Part shown: in pieces, positions 40,352 to 51,275 of the stretch
Numbering within the stretch: the first letter of the stretch is position 1
Layout of the letters: each line of letters starts with the position of its first letter
Assembly: GCA_963708135.1 (NCBI GenBank)
Contig: OY970192.1
Location: forward strand, 32,001 to 96,000
Direction of reading: 5' to 3'
Source: an uncultured Gemmatimonadales bacterium
GTDB lineage: Bacteria > Gemmatimonadota > Gemmatimonadetes > Longimicrobiales > RSA9
Length of the DNA stretch: 64,000 bases
Position numbers and translations under genes: made by a program
The notes under the pieces: model-generated
What the model was told of the DNA's origin: nothing
What the model saw: only the letters and a program-made list of their open reading frames with translations
The model's database searches: none

Positions 40352-41640
40352 GCAAGAGATACCTGGGGGCCGCCCTCGTCGCCTGGGGCGCGCTCGCCCT
40401 CGCCGGCGCCAGCCGCCCCGCCGCCGCGCAGACCATCGCCATCACCAACGCCAAGATCTACCCCGTCTCCGAGGCGCCCATCCAGCGCGGCTCGATCCTC
40501 ATCCGCGATGGCCGCATCGTGGCCCTCGGGGCCGAGGTCGCCGTGCCCGCCGGTGCCACCGTCATCGACGGCACGGGCAAGGTCGTCACGCCCGGCTTCA
40601 TGGACGCCGCCAGCAACATGGGCATTGTCGAGATCGGCGGCGTTTCCGAGACCAACGACACCCGCACCAGCGACAAGCGCATCACCGCCGCCTTCAATGC
40701 GGCCGACGCGCTCAACCCGAACGCCACCGAGATCGCCATCAACCGGGTCGAAGGCATCACCCGCGCGGCCGTCGAGCCGGGCAACGGCGCCTCGCTCATC
40801 GCGGGGCAGGGAATGGTGCTCGACCTCGGCACAGAGGGCGCGCCGGACATGATCGACAGGAGCCCCTCCGCCATGTACGCGACCATCGGCGAGAGCGGCG
40901 CCCGCCTCTCCGGCGGCTCCCGCGCCGCCGCCATGCTCGACCTGCGCGAGGCGTTCCAGGATGCGAAGGACTACGCCGCCCACCGGAGCGCCTTCGAGGC
41001 CCGCGACCGCCGCGACTACGCGCTCAGCCGGCTGGACCTGGACGCGCTGGTCCCCGTCGTCGAGGGCAAGCTCCCGCTCGTCATCCACGCCAACCGCGCG
41101 AGCGACATCACGGCCGCGCTCCGCCTCGCCAGGGAGTTCGGCCTCCGGATCGCCATCTCCGGCGCCCTCGAGGGCTGGATGGTCGCCGGCCAGCTCGCCA
41201 GGGACCGCGTCCCCGTGATCATCGACCCCTACGAGAACATCCCCACCTTCGAGGGCCTCGGCGCCACTCTCGAGAACGCCGCGCGCCTCGCGAAGGCCGG
41301 CGTCCACGTCGCCTTCGCCACCTTCGGCTCCGACAACTCGCGCGACGTCAAGTACGCCGCCGGCAGCGCCGTCGCCAACGGCATGCCCTACGACGCCGCG
41401 CTCCGCGCCGTCACTCTCGAGCCCGCCCGCATCTTCGGCCTCGACGACCGTTACGGCACGCTCCAGCCCGGCAAGGACGCCGACGTCGTCCTCTGGTCCG
41501 GCGACCCCTTCGAGCTCTCCACCCGCGTCGAGAAGGTCTACATCAAGGGCCGCGAGATCCCGCCCGACAACCGCCAGAAGGAGCTCCTCGACCGCTACCG
41601 CCACCTGCAACCGGGCGTGCCGCCCGAGTACCGGCACTGA
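40348..41640 (+). CDS. Amidohydrolase-like exported protein lacking the HxH metal motif
   Basis: Signal peptide; PGFMDAASN in place of DxHxH; GTLQPGKDADVVLWSGDP. Confidence 0.88.
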   Translation: MSKRYLGAALVAWGALALAGASRPAAAQTIAITNAKIYPVSEAPIQRGSILIRDGRIVALGAEVAVPAGATVIDGTGKVVTPGFMDAASNMGIVEIGGVSETNDTRTSDKRITAAFNAADALNPNATEIAINRVEGITRAAVEPGNGASLIAGQGMVLDLGTEGAPDMIDRSPSAMYATIGESGARLSGGSRAAAMLDLREAFQDAKDYAAHRSAFEARDRRDYALSRLDLDALVPVVEGKLPLVIHANRASDITAALRLAREFGLRIAISGALEGWMVAGQLARDRVPVIIDPYENIPTFEGLGATLENAARLAKAGVHVAFATFGSDNSRDVKYAAGSAVANGMPYDAALRAVTLEPARIFGLDDRYGTLQPGKDADVVLWSGDPFELSTRVEKVYIKGREIPPDNRQKELLDRYRHLQPGVPPEYRH

Positions 41641-41749
41641 GCGGCTCGAAGCGCCGCGAGCTCGGTTTCGCCTTCGCTTTCGAAGCCGTTCCAGTGCCAC
41701 CCCGGCACGGGCCGAAAGCGATCGCGAAAAGCGTGAAATTTCCGAACCT

Positions 41750-41800
41750 TTACCCCCGTAGGGGGTAACTCTGAACGTCCCCCCGCATCGGGGGGCGTTC
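41750..41800. promoter_or_regulatory. Two adjacent inverted repeats upstream of gyrA
   Basis: TTACCCCC-gta-GGGGGTAA (41750-41768) and a GAACGTCCCCC..GGGGGGCGTTC hairpin (41773-41800). Confidence 0.55.
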
Positions 41801-41839
41801 TGACGTTCGGTCACCGCACTTTCCTCAGGGAACCAGCCG

Positions 41840-44413
41840 ATGGCGAGCACGCCGCCCGAAGAGAGCCGCGAGAAGGTCCTGCCCCGCCTGATCGAGGACG
41901 AGATGAAGGACTCGTTCCTCGATTACTCCATGAGCGTGATCGTGCAGCGCGCGCTGCCGGACGTGCGCGACGGGCTGAAGCCCGTGCACCGGCGCATCCT
42001 GTACGCCATGAGCGAGCTGGGCCTGGGCCCCACCCGCCCCTACAAGAAGAGCGCGACGGTGGTGGGCGAGGTGCTGGGCAAGTACCACCCGCACGGCGAC
42101 ATGGCGGTCTACGACGCGCTCGTGCGCATGGTGCAGGACTTCTCGCTGCGCTACCCACTGGTGGACGGCCAGGGCAACTTCGGCTCCATCGACGGCGACA
42201 GCGCGGCGGCCTACCGCTACACCGAGACCCGCCTCACCCGCCTCGCCATGGAGCTGCTGCAGGACATCGACCGCGGCACCGTGGATTCCACGCCCAACTT
42301 CGATGACCGCCTGCAGGAGCCGACGGTCCTGCCGTCCAAGCTGCCCAACCTGCTGGTCAACGGGTCGAGCGGCATCGCGGTCGGCATGGCCACCAACATC
42401 CCGCCCCACAACCTGCGCGAGGTCGTCGCCGCCATCGTGCACCTCATCGACCATCCGGAGGCCACGGTCGATGACCTGATGACGTTCGTGAAGGGGCCCG
42501 ACTTCCCGACCGGCGGCTACATCTGCGGCCGGGACGGCATCCAGGAGGCGTACCACAGCGGGCGCGGCCGCGTGGTCATGCGCGCCCAGAGCGAGATCGA
42601 GGAGCTCGACAACGGGAAGCAGGCGATCATCGTCACCGAGATCCCGTTCATGGTCAACAAGGCCCGCACGATCGAGCAGATCGCCGAGCTCGTGCGCGAG
42701 AAGAAGATCACCGACATCTCCGATCTGCGCGACGAGTCGGACCGCGACGGCATCCGCGTCGTCATCGAGCTCAAGCGCGATGCCATCCCGCAGATCGTCC
42801 TGAACCAGCTCTTCAAGCACACTCAGCTGCAGTCCACCTTCGGCGTCATCATGCTCGCCCTCGTCAAGGGCGTGCCGAAGATCATGGACCTGCGCGAGAT
42901 GCTCCAGCACTTCATCGACCACCGCCACGAGGTGGTCGTGCGCCGCGCCGAGTACGACCTCGCGCACGCCCTGGAGCGCGAGCACATCCTCGAGGGCCTC
43001 AAGATCGCCGTCAACAACATCGACGAGGTCGTCGAGATGATCAAGGCGTCACCCGACGCCGAGACCGCGGGCAGCCGGCTGCAGGAGCGCTTCGAGCTCT
43101 CCGAGCGACAGGCGAAGGCCATCCTCGACATGCGCCTCGCCCGCCTGACCGGACTCGAGATCGAGAAGCTCGAGGCCGAGCTCGCCGAGGTGCGCGCCCT
43201 CATCGCCGATCTGCGCGACATCCTCGGCAGCCGCGAGCGCCGCTTCCGCATCATCAAGGAAGAGCTCACGCAGCTCACCGAGACGTACGGCGACGAGCGC
43301 CGCACCGCCATCCTCGGCGATGTCTCCGGCTTCACCCTCGAGGACCTGATCCCCGACGAGGAGATGGTCATCACCATCTCCCACCAGGGCTACGTCAAGC
43401 GCCTGCCGCTCGACACCTACCGCGCGCAGCGCCGCGGCGGCCGCGGCCTCACAGGGATGGAGACCAAGGACGAGGACTGGGTCGAGCACCTCTTCGTCGC
43501 CCAGACCCACGACTACCTCATGGTCTTCACCCGCAAGGGCCACTGCTACTGGCTCAAGGTGCACCAGATCCCGCAGGCCCAGCGCAACGCCCGCGGCAAG
43601 CCGATCGTGAACCTGCTCGCCCTCGGCGGCGACGAGATGATCGCTTCGGTCGTGCCCGTGCGCGAGTTCAGCGATGATCGCTTCCTCATCTTCGCCACCC
43701 GCAAGGGCACCGTGAAGAAGACCGCGCTCAGCGCCTATCGCCACGTCCGCACGGCCGGCGTCAACGCCATCAACATCGAGCCCGACGATGAGCTGATCGA
43801 CGTCCAGATCACCGACGGCGACGACGAGATCATCCTCGCTACCCGCGAGGGCATGGCCATCCGCTTCCACGAGTGGGACGCCCGGCCGATGGGCCGCGCC
43901 ACCACCGGCGTGCGCGGCATCCTGCTCGGCCCCGGCGACCACGTCATCGGCATGGTCGTCGTCCGCGCCGAGACCGCCGAGGAGGCCACCCTCCTCGTCG
44001 TCACCGAGAACGGCCGCGGCAAGCGAACCGCCGTCGGCGAGTACCGCCTCCAGCACCGCGGCGGCCGTGGCGTCATCAACCTCAAGGTCAGTCAGGCCAC
44101 GGGGAAGATCGTCGCCATCAAGGAGGTCCTGCCCGAGCACGAGCTCATGCTCATCACGCGCAACGGCATCGTGAACCGGCAGCGCGTGGCCGAGATCCGC
44201 GTCATCGGCCGCGCCACCCAGGGCGTCCGCCTCATGGCCCTCGATGACGAGGACATCGTCGTGGACGTCGCCCGGCTCGTCCTCGAGGAGGAGGCCGAGG
44301 CTGAGGTAGGGATCGAAGGCGACGCCGCCGCCGACCTCGCGCCCGCCCCTGCCGCCGGCACCCCGGACGAGACCGCCGGCGAGGAGGATTCCAGGGAAGA
44401 GGCGGAAACGTGA
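41840..44413 (+). CDS. gyrA: DNA gyrase subunit A
   Basis: [26 protein letters not shown], GyrA-box QRRGGRG, pinwheel repeats, acidic tail. Confidence 0.97.
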   Translation: MASTPPEESREKVLPRLIEDEMKDSFLDYSMSVIVQRALPDVRDGLKPVHRRILYAMSELGLGPTRPYKKSATVVGEVLGKYHPHGDMAVYDALVRMVQDFSLRYPLVDGQGNFGSIDGDSAAAYRYTETRLTRLAMELLQDIDRGTVDSTPNFDDRLQEPTVLPSKLPNLLVNGSSGIAVGMATNIPPHNLREVVAAIVHLIDHPEATVDDLMTFVKGPDFPTGGYICGRDGIQEAYHSGRGRVVMRAQSEIEELDNGKQAIIVTEIPFMVNKARTIEQIAELVREKKITDISDLRDESDRDGIRVVIELKRDAIPQIVLNQLFKHTQLQSTFGVIMLALVKGVPKIMDLREMLQHFIDHRHEVVVRRAEYDLAHALEREHILEGLKIAVNNIDEVVEMIKASPDAETAGSRLQERFELSERQAKAILDMRLARLTGLEIEKLEAELAEVRALIADLRDILGSRERRFRIIKEELTQLTETYGDERRTAILGDVSGFTLEDLIPDEEMVITISHQGYVKRLPLDTYRAQRRGGRGLTGMETKDEDWVEHLFVAQTHDYLMVFTRKGHCYWLKVHQIPQAQRNARGKPIVNLLALGGDEMIASVVPVREFSDDRFLIFATRKGTVKKTALSAYRHVRTAGVNAINIEPDDELIDVQITDGDDEIILATREGMAIRFHEWDARPMGRATTGVRGILLGPGDHVIGMVVVRAETAEEATLLVVTENGRGKRTAVGEYRLQHRGGRGVINLKVSQATGKIVAIKEVLPEHELMLITRNGIVNRQRVAEIRVIGRATQGVRLMALDDEDIVVDVARLVLEEEAEAEVGIEGDAAADLAPAPAAGTPDETAGEEDSREEAET

Positions 44414-45507
44414 GCGGCGCGGGCGCGGGATGGAGTGGCGCCGCGCCGGATGAGGCCGCGGCGCCCGGCGCCGAGCCGACGCCCCCGGGCGCCGACGTCC
44501 GCGAATTCGGCGGCTTGCCGCTGGCCGAGCTGGGCTGGCTGGACGAGGACGGACTCGTCGCCTCGGACCGGATCCGCGAGGCCGCCGCCCGCCTCCGCGG
44601 CGTGATCGCCCGTACCCCGCTGCTCGGCGCCCCCTGGCTCTCCGACGCCGTCGGCGCCGAGGTCCGCCTCAAGGCCGAGTCGCTCCAGCACGCGGGAGCC
44701 TTCAAGGTGCGAGGCGCCTACAACCTCGTCGCCTCCCTTTCCGACAACGAGCGGCGGCGCGGCGTCATCACCTTCTCCAGCGGCAACCACGGCCAGGGCG
44801 TCGCACTCGCCGCCCGCCTCTTCGGCATCCCCGCCGTCGTCGTCATGCCGACCACCGCGCCCGCCGTCAAGCGTGACGGCGCCATCGCCCTCGGCGCCGA
44901 GGTCGTCTTCGAGGGCACCACCTCCCTCGAGCGGAAGCGCCGCGCCGAGGCCATCGCCGCCGAGCGCGGCCTCACCATGGTGCCCCCCTTCGACGATCCT
45001 CGCATCATCGCCGGGCAGGGCACCGTCGGCCTCGAGATCCTCGAGGACTGGCCCGAAGCCGAGCTCATCCTCGTCCCCATCGGCGGAGGTGGGCTGCTGT
45101 CCGGCATCGCCGCGTGGATCAAGCGGGCCAGGCCGCATGCCACCGTGATCGGCGTCGAGCCCGAGAACGCCTGCGCCATGCTTCGCTCCCGCCAGGCCGG
45201 CGAGCCCATCACCATCGACGCCACCCCCACCATCGCCGACGGCCTCGCCCCCGTCCGCCCCGGTGACCTCACCTTCCACCACGCGCAGCGGCTCGTGGAC
45301 GACATCGTCACCGTCTCCGATGACCAGATCCGCGCCGCCGCCGCCGCCCTCATCCGCCGCGCCAGGCTCGTCGTCGAGTTCTCCGGCGCCGCCACCGTCG
45401 CCGCCCTCCTCTCCGGTACCGTCCAACCCGCCGGCCGCCCCACCGTCGCCGTCCTCTCCGGCGGCAACCTCGAACCCAGCCTGATCCCCGAGCTGTTGGC
45501 CCTCTGA
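44410..45507 (+). CDS. PLP-dependent threonine/serine dehydratase (serine racemase-like)
   Basis: [34 protein letters not shown]. Confidence 0.92.
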   Translation: MSGAGAGWSGAAPDEAAAPGAEPTPPGADVREFGGLPLAELGWLDEDGLVASDRIREAAARLRGVIARTPLLGAPWLSDAVGAEVRLKAESLQHAGAFKVRGAYNLVASLSDNERRRGVITFSSGNHGQGVALAARLFGIPAVVVMPTTAPAVKRDGAIALGAEVVFEGTTSLERKRRAEAIAAERGLTMVPPFDDPRIIAGQGTVGLEILEDWPEAELILVPIGGGGLLSGIAAWIKRARPHATVIGVEPENACAMLRSRQAGEPITIDATPTIADGLAPVRPGDLTFHHAQRLVDDIVTVSDDQIRAAAAALIRRARLVVEFSGAATVAALLSGTVQPAGRPTVAVLSGGNLEPSLIPELLAL

Positions 45508-45664
45508 GCGTCCCTCCGGACCTGACCCCCCACGGCCCCGCCCGCTCCGGCCGATCCGGGACACTGCCGCCCCAATCCCGGACTGTGTGACGGTAATCGA
45601 TGTGAAATATTGCTTATCCAGCCGCCTGCCGCGCTGGCGCCGCTCTTGCTTTCCGCCGCCCACC

Positions 45665-46096
45665 ATGGCGATCGCCGCTCGTACCATCTTCGTTGCCGAT
45701 GACGACGAGAGCTTCCTCTCGGGCGTCGGCCGGGCGTTGCGCGGGCGGGGCTATGCCGTGCGCACGGCGCCGGACGGCCTGCGGCTGCTCTCGCTCATGG
45801 AGATCGAGCGGCCGGACCTGCTGGTACTCGACGTGGCGATGCCCGGCATGAACGGGGTGGAGGTGCTGCGGACGATCCGGCGGGACGGCCGCTGGCCGCT
45901 GTTGCCGGTGATGATGGTGACGGCGGCGCCGGACGCCGAAGTGCACGCGGCGGTGGTGGAGGCCTCGGCGGAGCTGCTGCCGAAGCCCTTCCGCCTGGAG
46001 GAGCTGCTGGCGCGGGTCGCGGGCTCGCTCGGCGCTCCGGGACTGGCGGGGCCGGACGGCGCAGGCCAGCCGAACGGGCGGCGCCCGCCGCACTGA
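45665..46096 (+). CDS. Single-domain response regulator (receiver)
   Basis: VADDD, LDVAMPGMNG, VTA, KPF. Confidence 0.9.
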   Translation: MAIAARTIFVADDDESFLSGVGRALRGRGYAVRTAPDGLRLLSLMEIERPDLLVLDVAMPGMNGVEVLRTIRRDGRWPLLPVMMVTAAPDAEVHAAVVEASAELLPKPFRLEELLARVAGSLGAPGLAGPDGAGQPNGRRPPH

Positions 46097-46097
46097 T

Positions 46098-46126
46098 CCG
46101 GGAGGCGGGCGGCGCCCGCCTCCCGG
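46098..46126. terminator. Hairpin between convergent genes
   Basis: Perfect 13-bp stem CCGGGAGGCGGGC-ggc-GCCCGCCTCCCGG just after the stop; no U-tract. Confidence 0.55.
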
Positions 46127-46217
46127 GACGTTCCGTCCGTGTGACGGCGAAGGGCCGGTTGGCCGGGGAGAGGGAGCGGAGCCCGGCGCCGGCCCTGTCG
46201 CGGCCCTTTCTGCGGCG

Positions 46218-46676
46218 CTATTCCTCCCGTTCGGGCCGCATCCCGAAGCGCCGCAGCCGCTCCTTCACGTCGTGCAGCACGGCGTCTCGCTTGCGGTGGG
46301 TGCGCTCGTAGTCGTAAATGCGGCGCAGCTCCTCCGCCTCGGGGTCGGCCTTCAGGATCCAGTCCAGCGCGTCGTCGGTGTCGAGGCCGTCGTACCCGAG
46401 CACCGGCTCCCGGCCTGGCGTGGCCTCGCCCGCCCGGTGCTCGGGCTCGCGGGCGAGGTCGTCGGGAAGTCCCGCCACCCGCCGCGAGGCGGCGGCCTCG
46501 CCGCCGATCTCCGCGTTCGCGCCGGCGGCGGCCGGCGGCATGTCCTCGGGGGCGACGTTGTACAGCCGTACCTCGCGCTTTCTCCCCTCGGCGGCATCGG
46601 CCGGGATCACCTGCCGCTGGCTCCGCTCCTCGGGCGTGCTTCTGTCGTCGGTTCGGCGGTCGCTTCGGTCTGCCAT
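46218..46676 (-). CDS. Hypothetical protein
   Basis: GAGGAG SD; C-terminal GYDGL..YERTHRKRDAVL helical motif. Confidence 0.7.
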   Translation of the reverse strand: MADRSDRRTDDRSTPEERSQRQVIPADAAEGRKREVRLYNVAPEDMPPAAAGANAEIGGEAAASRRVAGLPDDLAREPEHRAGEATPGREPVLGYDGLDTDDALDWILKADPEAEELRRIYDYERTHRKRDAVLHDVKERLRRFGMRPEREE

Positions 46677-46780
46677 GATCTCTCTCCTCGCGTGCGGATT
46701 TCACCCGAGGGGAGTGCAAGGCGCGCGCCGGTGGCGGGCCGCTTGCCGCCGGCCGCGCCCGCCGGGTACTTTCCCCGCCC

Positions 46781-47533
46781 ATGAACCCACTCGTTGCCGT
46801 GACCTGCACCGCGCTGCCCGCGGAGGAGGATCCGTCCGCGCGCCGGCTCTCCCTGTACACGACGTACGTCGAGGTCCTCGAGCGGGAGGGGCTCGCGGCG
46901 GTGCCGCTCTCGGCTGCCCACGGAGCCGTTTCGGTGGAGGCGATCCTCGGCCGCGCCGGCGGGCTCATCCTCTCCGGCGGCGGGGATGTCGACCCCGGGC
47001 GGTACGGCGAGGCACCCGGCCCGGCGCTGGAGTGGGTCAGTGAGGCCCGCGACGCGATGGAGCTGGCTGCGCTCGACATCGCGCTCGGGCGGGGCATGCC
47101 GGTGCTCGCCATCTGTCGCGGGATCCAGGTGCTGAACGTGCTGCGCGGCGGCACGCTCTTCCAGGACCTGCCCACCGAGAGGGGAGGCGAGGTGGGCCAC
47201 GCGCAGACCGGCGGCTGGGTGGCGCGCGCGCACGGCGTCGAGATCGTGCCCGGAACGCTACTCGAGAACGCCGTCGGCGCCCGCCGCATCCAGGTCAACT
47301 CCTTCCACCACCAGGGGCTCCGGGATGTCGGCCGCGGCCTGCGCATCGCCGCCACCTCGGCCGACGGGCTCGTGGAGGCGGTGGACGACCCGGCCCACCG
47401 CTGGCTCCTCGGCGTGCAATGGCACCCCGAGCGCCAGGGGCCGGACCTGCCCGAAGGCGACGCCGACCGCCGCATCTTCGCCGCGTTCCGCCAGGCCGTC
47501 CTCGCATACGAGAGCGCCGGAGCGGCAGGATGA
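46781..47533 (+). CDS. Gamma-glutamyl-gamma-aminobutyrate hydrolase family (peptidase C26)
   Basis: LSGGGDVDP, AICRGIQ, NSFHHQ, VQWHPE. Confidence 0.93.
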   Translation: MNPLVAVTCTALPAEEDPSARRLSLYTTYVEVLEREGLAAVPLSAAHGAVSVEAILGRAGGLILSGGGDVDPGRYGEAPGPALEWVSEARDAMELAALDIALGRGMPVLAICRGIQVLNVLRGGTLFQDLPTERGGEVGHAQTGGWVARAHGVEIVPGTLLENAVGARRIQVNSFHHQGLRDVGRGLRIAATSADGLVEAVDDPAHRWLLGVQWHPERQGPDLPEGDADRRIFAAFRQAVLAYESAGAAG

Positions 47534-47618
47534 GCGAACGCCCACCGGCGGACGCAGGCTGTCGGCCGGCGCTCCGGGAGGCCGCTCCAATGGCGGCATC
47601 CGCGGAGGCCGGGCGCTG

Positions 47619-48554
47619 ATGCCCGGCCTCACGGACGTCCCGGGCGTCGCCGTCGGCCACGCCACCGACGCGGAGGCGCGCACCGGCTGCACGGTGGTGC
47701 TCGGCCCGTTCCGCGCCGCCTGCGACATCCGCGGTCTGGCCACCGGGACGCGCGAGCTCGACGCCCTCTCCCCCACGCACGTCGTGCCCCGCATCCACGC
47801 CATCCTGCTGACCGGCGGGTCGGCCTTCGGCCTCCAGGCCGCCGGCGGCGTCGTGGCCTGGCTCGAGGAGCGGGGGCTCGGCTTCGAGACCGGTGCCGGA
47901 CGCGTGCCGATCGTGCCCGCCGCGGTCATCTACGATCTGGGCGTCGGGCGCGCGGACCGGCGGCCGAACGAGGCCATGGGGCGCGCCGCATGCGACGCGG
48001 CCGGCCGCGGCCCCGTCGCCGAAGGCGGAGTCGGCGCGGGCACGGGCGCCACCGTGGGAAAGGTGCTCGGGCCCGGCACGGGCGAGCCCGGCGGCGTCGG
48101 CAGCTGGGCGCTCGAGACGGGCGGCTACGCTGTCGGCGCGCTCGTCGTGGTGAACGCTTTCGGCGACGTGCTGGATGGGCGGGGCGGCATCCTGGCCGGC
48201 GCCCGGGATGCGGACGGCACGCCCGTGGACACGGCGCGCCTGCTCCGCGAGGCGGCCTTCGAGGGCGGCTGGGGAGCCTCTCCGCCCGAGCCGGGTACGA
48301 ACACCACACTGGCCGTCGTCGCGACGGACGCGCCCCTCACGCGCACCGCGCTCGAGACGCTCGCGCGCATGGCGGCCACCGCGGTGCCCCGCCGCATCTC
48401 GCCCGTGCACACGCCCTTCGACGGCGACATCACGTTCGCGCTGTCCACGGCGGACACGGAGGCGGCGCTCCCCCTGCCCCTGCTGGTCGGGCTCGGCGCC
48501 GCGGCGGCGTACGCCCTGGAGACCGCCATCGAGCGGGCGGTCGGGCGGTCCTGA
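47619..48554 (+). CDS. P1/S58 (DmpA-like) peptidase
   Basis: TGCTVV, GTRE, TGGSAFGL, VGAGTGA, NTTLAVVATDA, DGD. Confidence 0.92.
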   Translation: MPGLTDVPGVAVGHATDAEARTGCTVVLGPFRAACDIRGLATGTRELDALSPTHVVPRIHAILLTGGSAFGLQAAGGVVAWLEERGLGFETGAGRVPIVPAAVIYDLGVGRADRRPNEAMGRAACDAAGRGPVAEGGVGAGTGATVGKVLGPGTGEPGGVGSWALETGGYAVGALVVVNAFGDVLDGRGGILAGARDADGTPVDTARLLREAAFEGGWGASPPEPGTNTTLAVVATDAPLTRTALETLARMAATAVPRRISPVHTPFDGDITFALSTADTEAALPLPLLVGLGAAAAYALETAIERAVGRS

Positions 48555-48598
48555 TCCTGCACAGGTCATCCCCGACGCGAAGGAGCGCGAGAACGGCC

Positions 48599-49294
48599 AT
48601 GCGACGCCTGGTCCTCTTCGACATCGACGGCACGCTCTTGTCCACGAATGGCGCGGCGAAGCGTGCGTTCCACCGCGCGCTGCTCCAGGTCTACGGCACC
48701 GCCGGCCCGATCGCCACCCACACGTTCGACGGCAAGACCGACCCGCAGATCGCGCGCGAGCTGCTGGTCCTCGCCGGGCTGACGGATGCGGCCGTGGACG
48801 CCGGCTTCGACGTCTTCTGGCCCGCCTACCTGCGCGAGCTGGCCATCGAGCTCTCCCGCGCGGGCCACGCCACCGTGGTCTATCCCGGCGTGCGCACGCT
48901 GCTCGCCGCGCTCGCGCCGCGCGTGGACGATGCGCTGGTCGGGCTCCTCACCGGCAACATCGAGCGGGGCGCCGCCCTCAAGCTCGGCTCCGCGGGCCTC
49001 GAGACGCACTTCCGGCTGGGCGCCTACGGCTCCGACTGCGAGCGCCGCGACGGCCTGCCCGAGGTGGCCGTCGCTCGCGCGCAGGAGGCGGTGGGCCGGC
49101 TGTACGGCGGCCCCGACGTCGTCATCATCGGGGATACCCCCCACGACATCACCTGCGGCAGCGCCCTGGGCGTGCGCGCCATCGGCGTCGCCACCGGTCG
49201 CCACGGCGTCGCGGCACTGAGGGAGGCCGGCGCCCACGCCGTGGTCGCCGACCTCTCCGACACCGATGCCGTGCTCGACCTGCTGCTGAATTAG
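48599..49294 (+). CDS. HAD family hydrolase
   Basis: FDIDGTL, LTGN, IGDTPHD. Confidence 0.93.
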   Translation: MRRLVLFDIDGTLLSTNGAAKRAFHRALLQVYGTAGPIATHTFDGKTDPQIARELLVLAGLTDAAVDAGFDVFWPAYLRELAIELSRAGHATVVYPGVRTLLAALAPRVDDALVGLLTGNIERGAALKLGSAGLETHFRLGAYGSDCERRDGLPEVAVARAQEAVGRLYGGPDVVIIGDTPHDITCGSALGVRAIGVATGRHGVAALREAGAHAVVADLSDTDAVLDLLLN

Positions 49295-49299
49295 GTCCC

Positions 49300-50286
49300 C
49301 TAGTTCGCTCCCGCGTCCGCGTCGCTCACGCCCTGCTCGGCCGTGGGCATGTCGGCGATCGAGCCGCGCGTGTCCCGCACGCCGCTGTCCACCTGGTACT
49401 CGGCCAGCTCGTCCACGAGGCTCCGCCCCGACCGCGGGCGGTAGAAGCGGTCCGCGCGGTAGCCCGGGTGCTCCCAGCGCCGGCCGGCCCGCGTCCGCTC
49501 CGCGTACTCGCTCCGGAGCGCGTCCTCGTCCTCCCGCGCGATCGGCGCCCCGCGGTAGGGCGCGAGCCCGCCCACATCCGCCGAGGTCAGCCCGCCGACC
49601 CGCACGCGCCGCGTCCCCGGCACCAGCTCCGCGTAGCCCACGGGGATCAGCACGTGCCGGTCCTCGTGCAGGTGCAGCGCGCGCTGGTCCAGGTCGCAGT
49701 CCAGGTAGCGCACCTTCATCGCCGCGGTGTCCACGATCAGCTCGTCCACCTCCCCCACGCGCCGACCATCGGCCGCCACCACCTCCCAGCCGCGCGGATC
49801 CGGCTCGCCTTCGGCCACCTGCAGGTCCGGCAGCTGGTCCAGCGAGGCCAGGCGCCCGTCCTCCTCCGGCCGCGCCTCCCCCAGCGCCGGCCCGTCCGCG
49901 TGGTACTCCGGTCGCTCGTAATAGCCCCCGTCGCCGTAGGCAGCGTGATACGCCTCTCCCAGCCGGCGCTCGTACGCATCGTCCACTGCCGAGACGTCGC
50001 GGCCGTACGCCGGCACGCCCTGCAAGCTCTCCGGGTAGAGCCCCGGCACGCGCACGACGTCCTCCACCTGGTCCACGCGCGCCTGGCCCATCGGCATGAG
50101 CACGTGCCTCCCGGCGCCCTCGAGCTCCAGGTCGAGGTAGCGCGGCGCGCCCGTCTCGTCCACCAGCAGATCGTCCACCCGCCCCAGCCGGCGGTCGTCC
50201 GTGGTCCTGACCTCCCACTCGCGCACGTCGAACGTGCCCTCGGGGAACGAGAAGTCGTTCGTGCGTGAAACGGCGGTGTATGGCAT
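49300..50286 (-). CDS. Tandem PRC-barrel domain protein
   Basis: Two repeats: DVREWEV..GRVDDLLVD..RYLD and DPRGWEV..GEVDELIVD..RYLD. Confidence 0.88.
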   Translation of the reverse strand: MPYTAVSRTNDFSFPEGTFDVREWEVRTTDDRRLGRVDDLLVDETGAPRYLDLELEGAGRHVLMPMGQARVDQVEDVVRVPGLYPESLQGVPAYGRDVSAVDDAYERRLGEAYHAAYGDGGYYERPEYHADGPALGEARPEEDGRLASLDQLPDLQVAEGEPDPRGWEVVAADGRRVGEVDELIVDTAAMKVRYLDCDLDQRALHLHEDRHVLIPVGYAELVPGTRRVRVGGLTSADVGGLAPYRGAPIAREDEDALRSEYAERTRAGRRWEHPGYRADRFYRPRSGRSLVDELAEYQVDSGVRDTRGSIADMPTAEQGVSDADAGAN

Positions 50287-50540
50287 GCGTCCTCCGATGC
50301 GGTTCGTGGCCTGGGTGCTCGGGCCGGTTCCCGTACACGCAGACCGAAGTCAGCAGTCCGTCGTTGCGACCTGCATTCTGCAGCCCGCTCCCCGGCCCCC
50401 GGATCTCTATCGCGAGCAAGTCGTATTCCGTGGATGCGACGGCGGCCCACCTTGCCGCCGGCCGCCTCCCGATCCATCTTTGAGCCGGGCCGTGCACGGT
50501 CCCGATTCCTGCAAATACCAGTTCGGCAAGGAGATATCTG

Positions 50541-51275
50541 GTGCCAAGCCAGAAGCGGCGCGCGGCGCAGAAGAAGCCTTCGGGGATGCGGGCCTTCTAC
50601 TGGGTCCTGGCCATCGTCGCGGTGCTCGGCCTCGCCGCGATCGGCTATGCGGTGGCCCGCGGCGGGACCGGCGGCGCCGCGACGAAGCCAGTGACGCTCC
50701 AGGGCGTGGACAACCCGCAGGCGCTCTTCCAGCGCGCGCACCCCGAGGTAGCGGGGAGCTCGGACGCGCCGGTGCGGGTCGTCGTCTTCAGCGACTACAC
50801 CTGTCCCTACTGCGGCCGGTTCGCCTCCGAGGTACAGCCGCAGCTCATGGCGAACGAGGTGAAGGCGGGGAAGGTGCAGATCGTCTATTACGACTTTCCG
50901 CTCGGTGGCACGGGCGAGCACAAGTACTCGTTCCTGTCGGCGCGCGCGGCGCGTTGCGCGGGCGACCAGGGCAAGTTCTGGGAGTACCACGACCTGCTGT
51001 TCGGCCACCAGATGGAGTGGGCCTACGGCGGCGGCTCGCCGGTGAGCGAGTTCGAGCAGTACGGGCAGCAGCTCGGGCTGGATGCCGCGAAGTTCGACGC
51101 CTGCCTGAAGAGCGACGCCCATGCCGATGTCGTCACGGCCGACCACATGCTGGGCGAGCAGCTCGGCATCGACTCGACCCCGACCGTGATCATCAACGAG
51201 CGCCGGGTGCGCAACCCGCTCGACTACAGCGCGTTGCAGGACCTGGTCAAGCAGAGCACCCCGGGCCAGGGATGA
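50541..51275 (+). CDS. DsbA family thiol-disulfide oxidoreductase
   Basis: N-terminal TM; CPYC; STPT cis-Pro loop. Confidence 0.92.
   Translation: MPSQKRRAAQKKPSGMRAFYWVLAIVAVLGLAAIGYAVARGGTGGAATKPVTLQGVDNPQALFQRAHPEVAGSSDAPVRVVVFSDYTCPYCGRFASEVQPQLMANEVKAGKVQIVYYDFPLGGTGEHKYSFLSARAARCAGDQGKFWEYHDLLFGHQMEWAYGGGSPVSEFEQYGQQLGLDAAKFDACLKSDAHADVVTADHMLGEQLGIDSTPTVIINERRVRNPLDYSALQDLVKQSTPGQG

Noticed and set aside
45585..45620. CRP/FNR site from TGTGA half-sites
   Set aside because: No matching TCACA half at 6-bp spacing.
49300..50286. Photosynthetic reaction-centre H subunit (puhA), suggested by DPRGWEVVAADG
   Set aside because: No N-terminal TM helix, two tandem barrels, and no puf or bch genes nearby; a generic PRC-barrel protein fits better.
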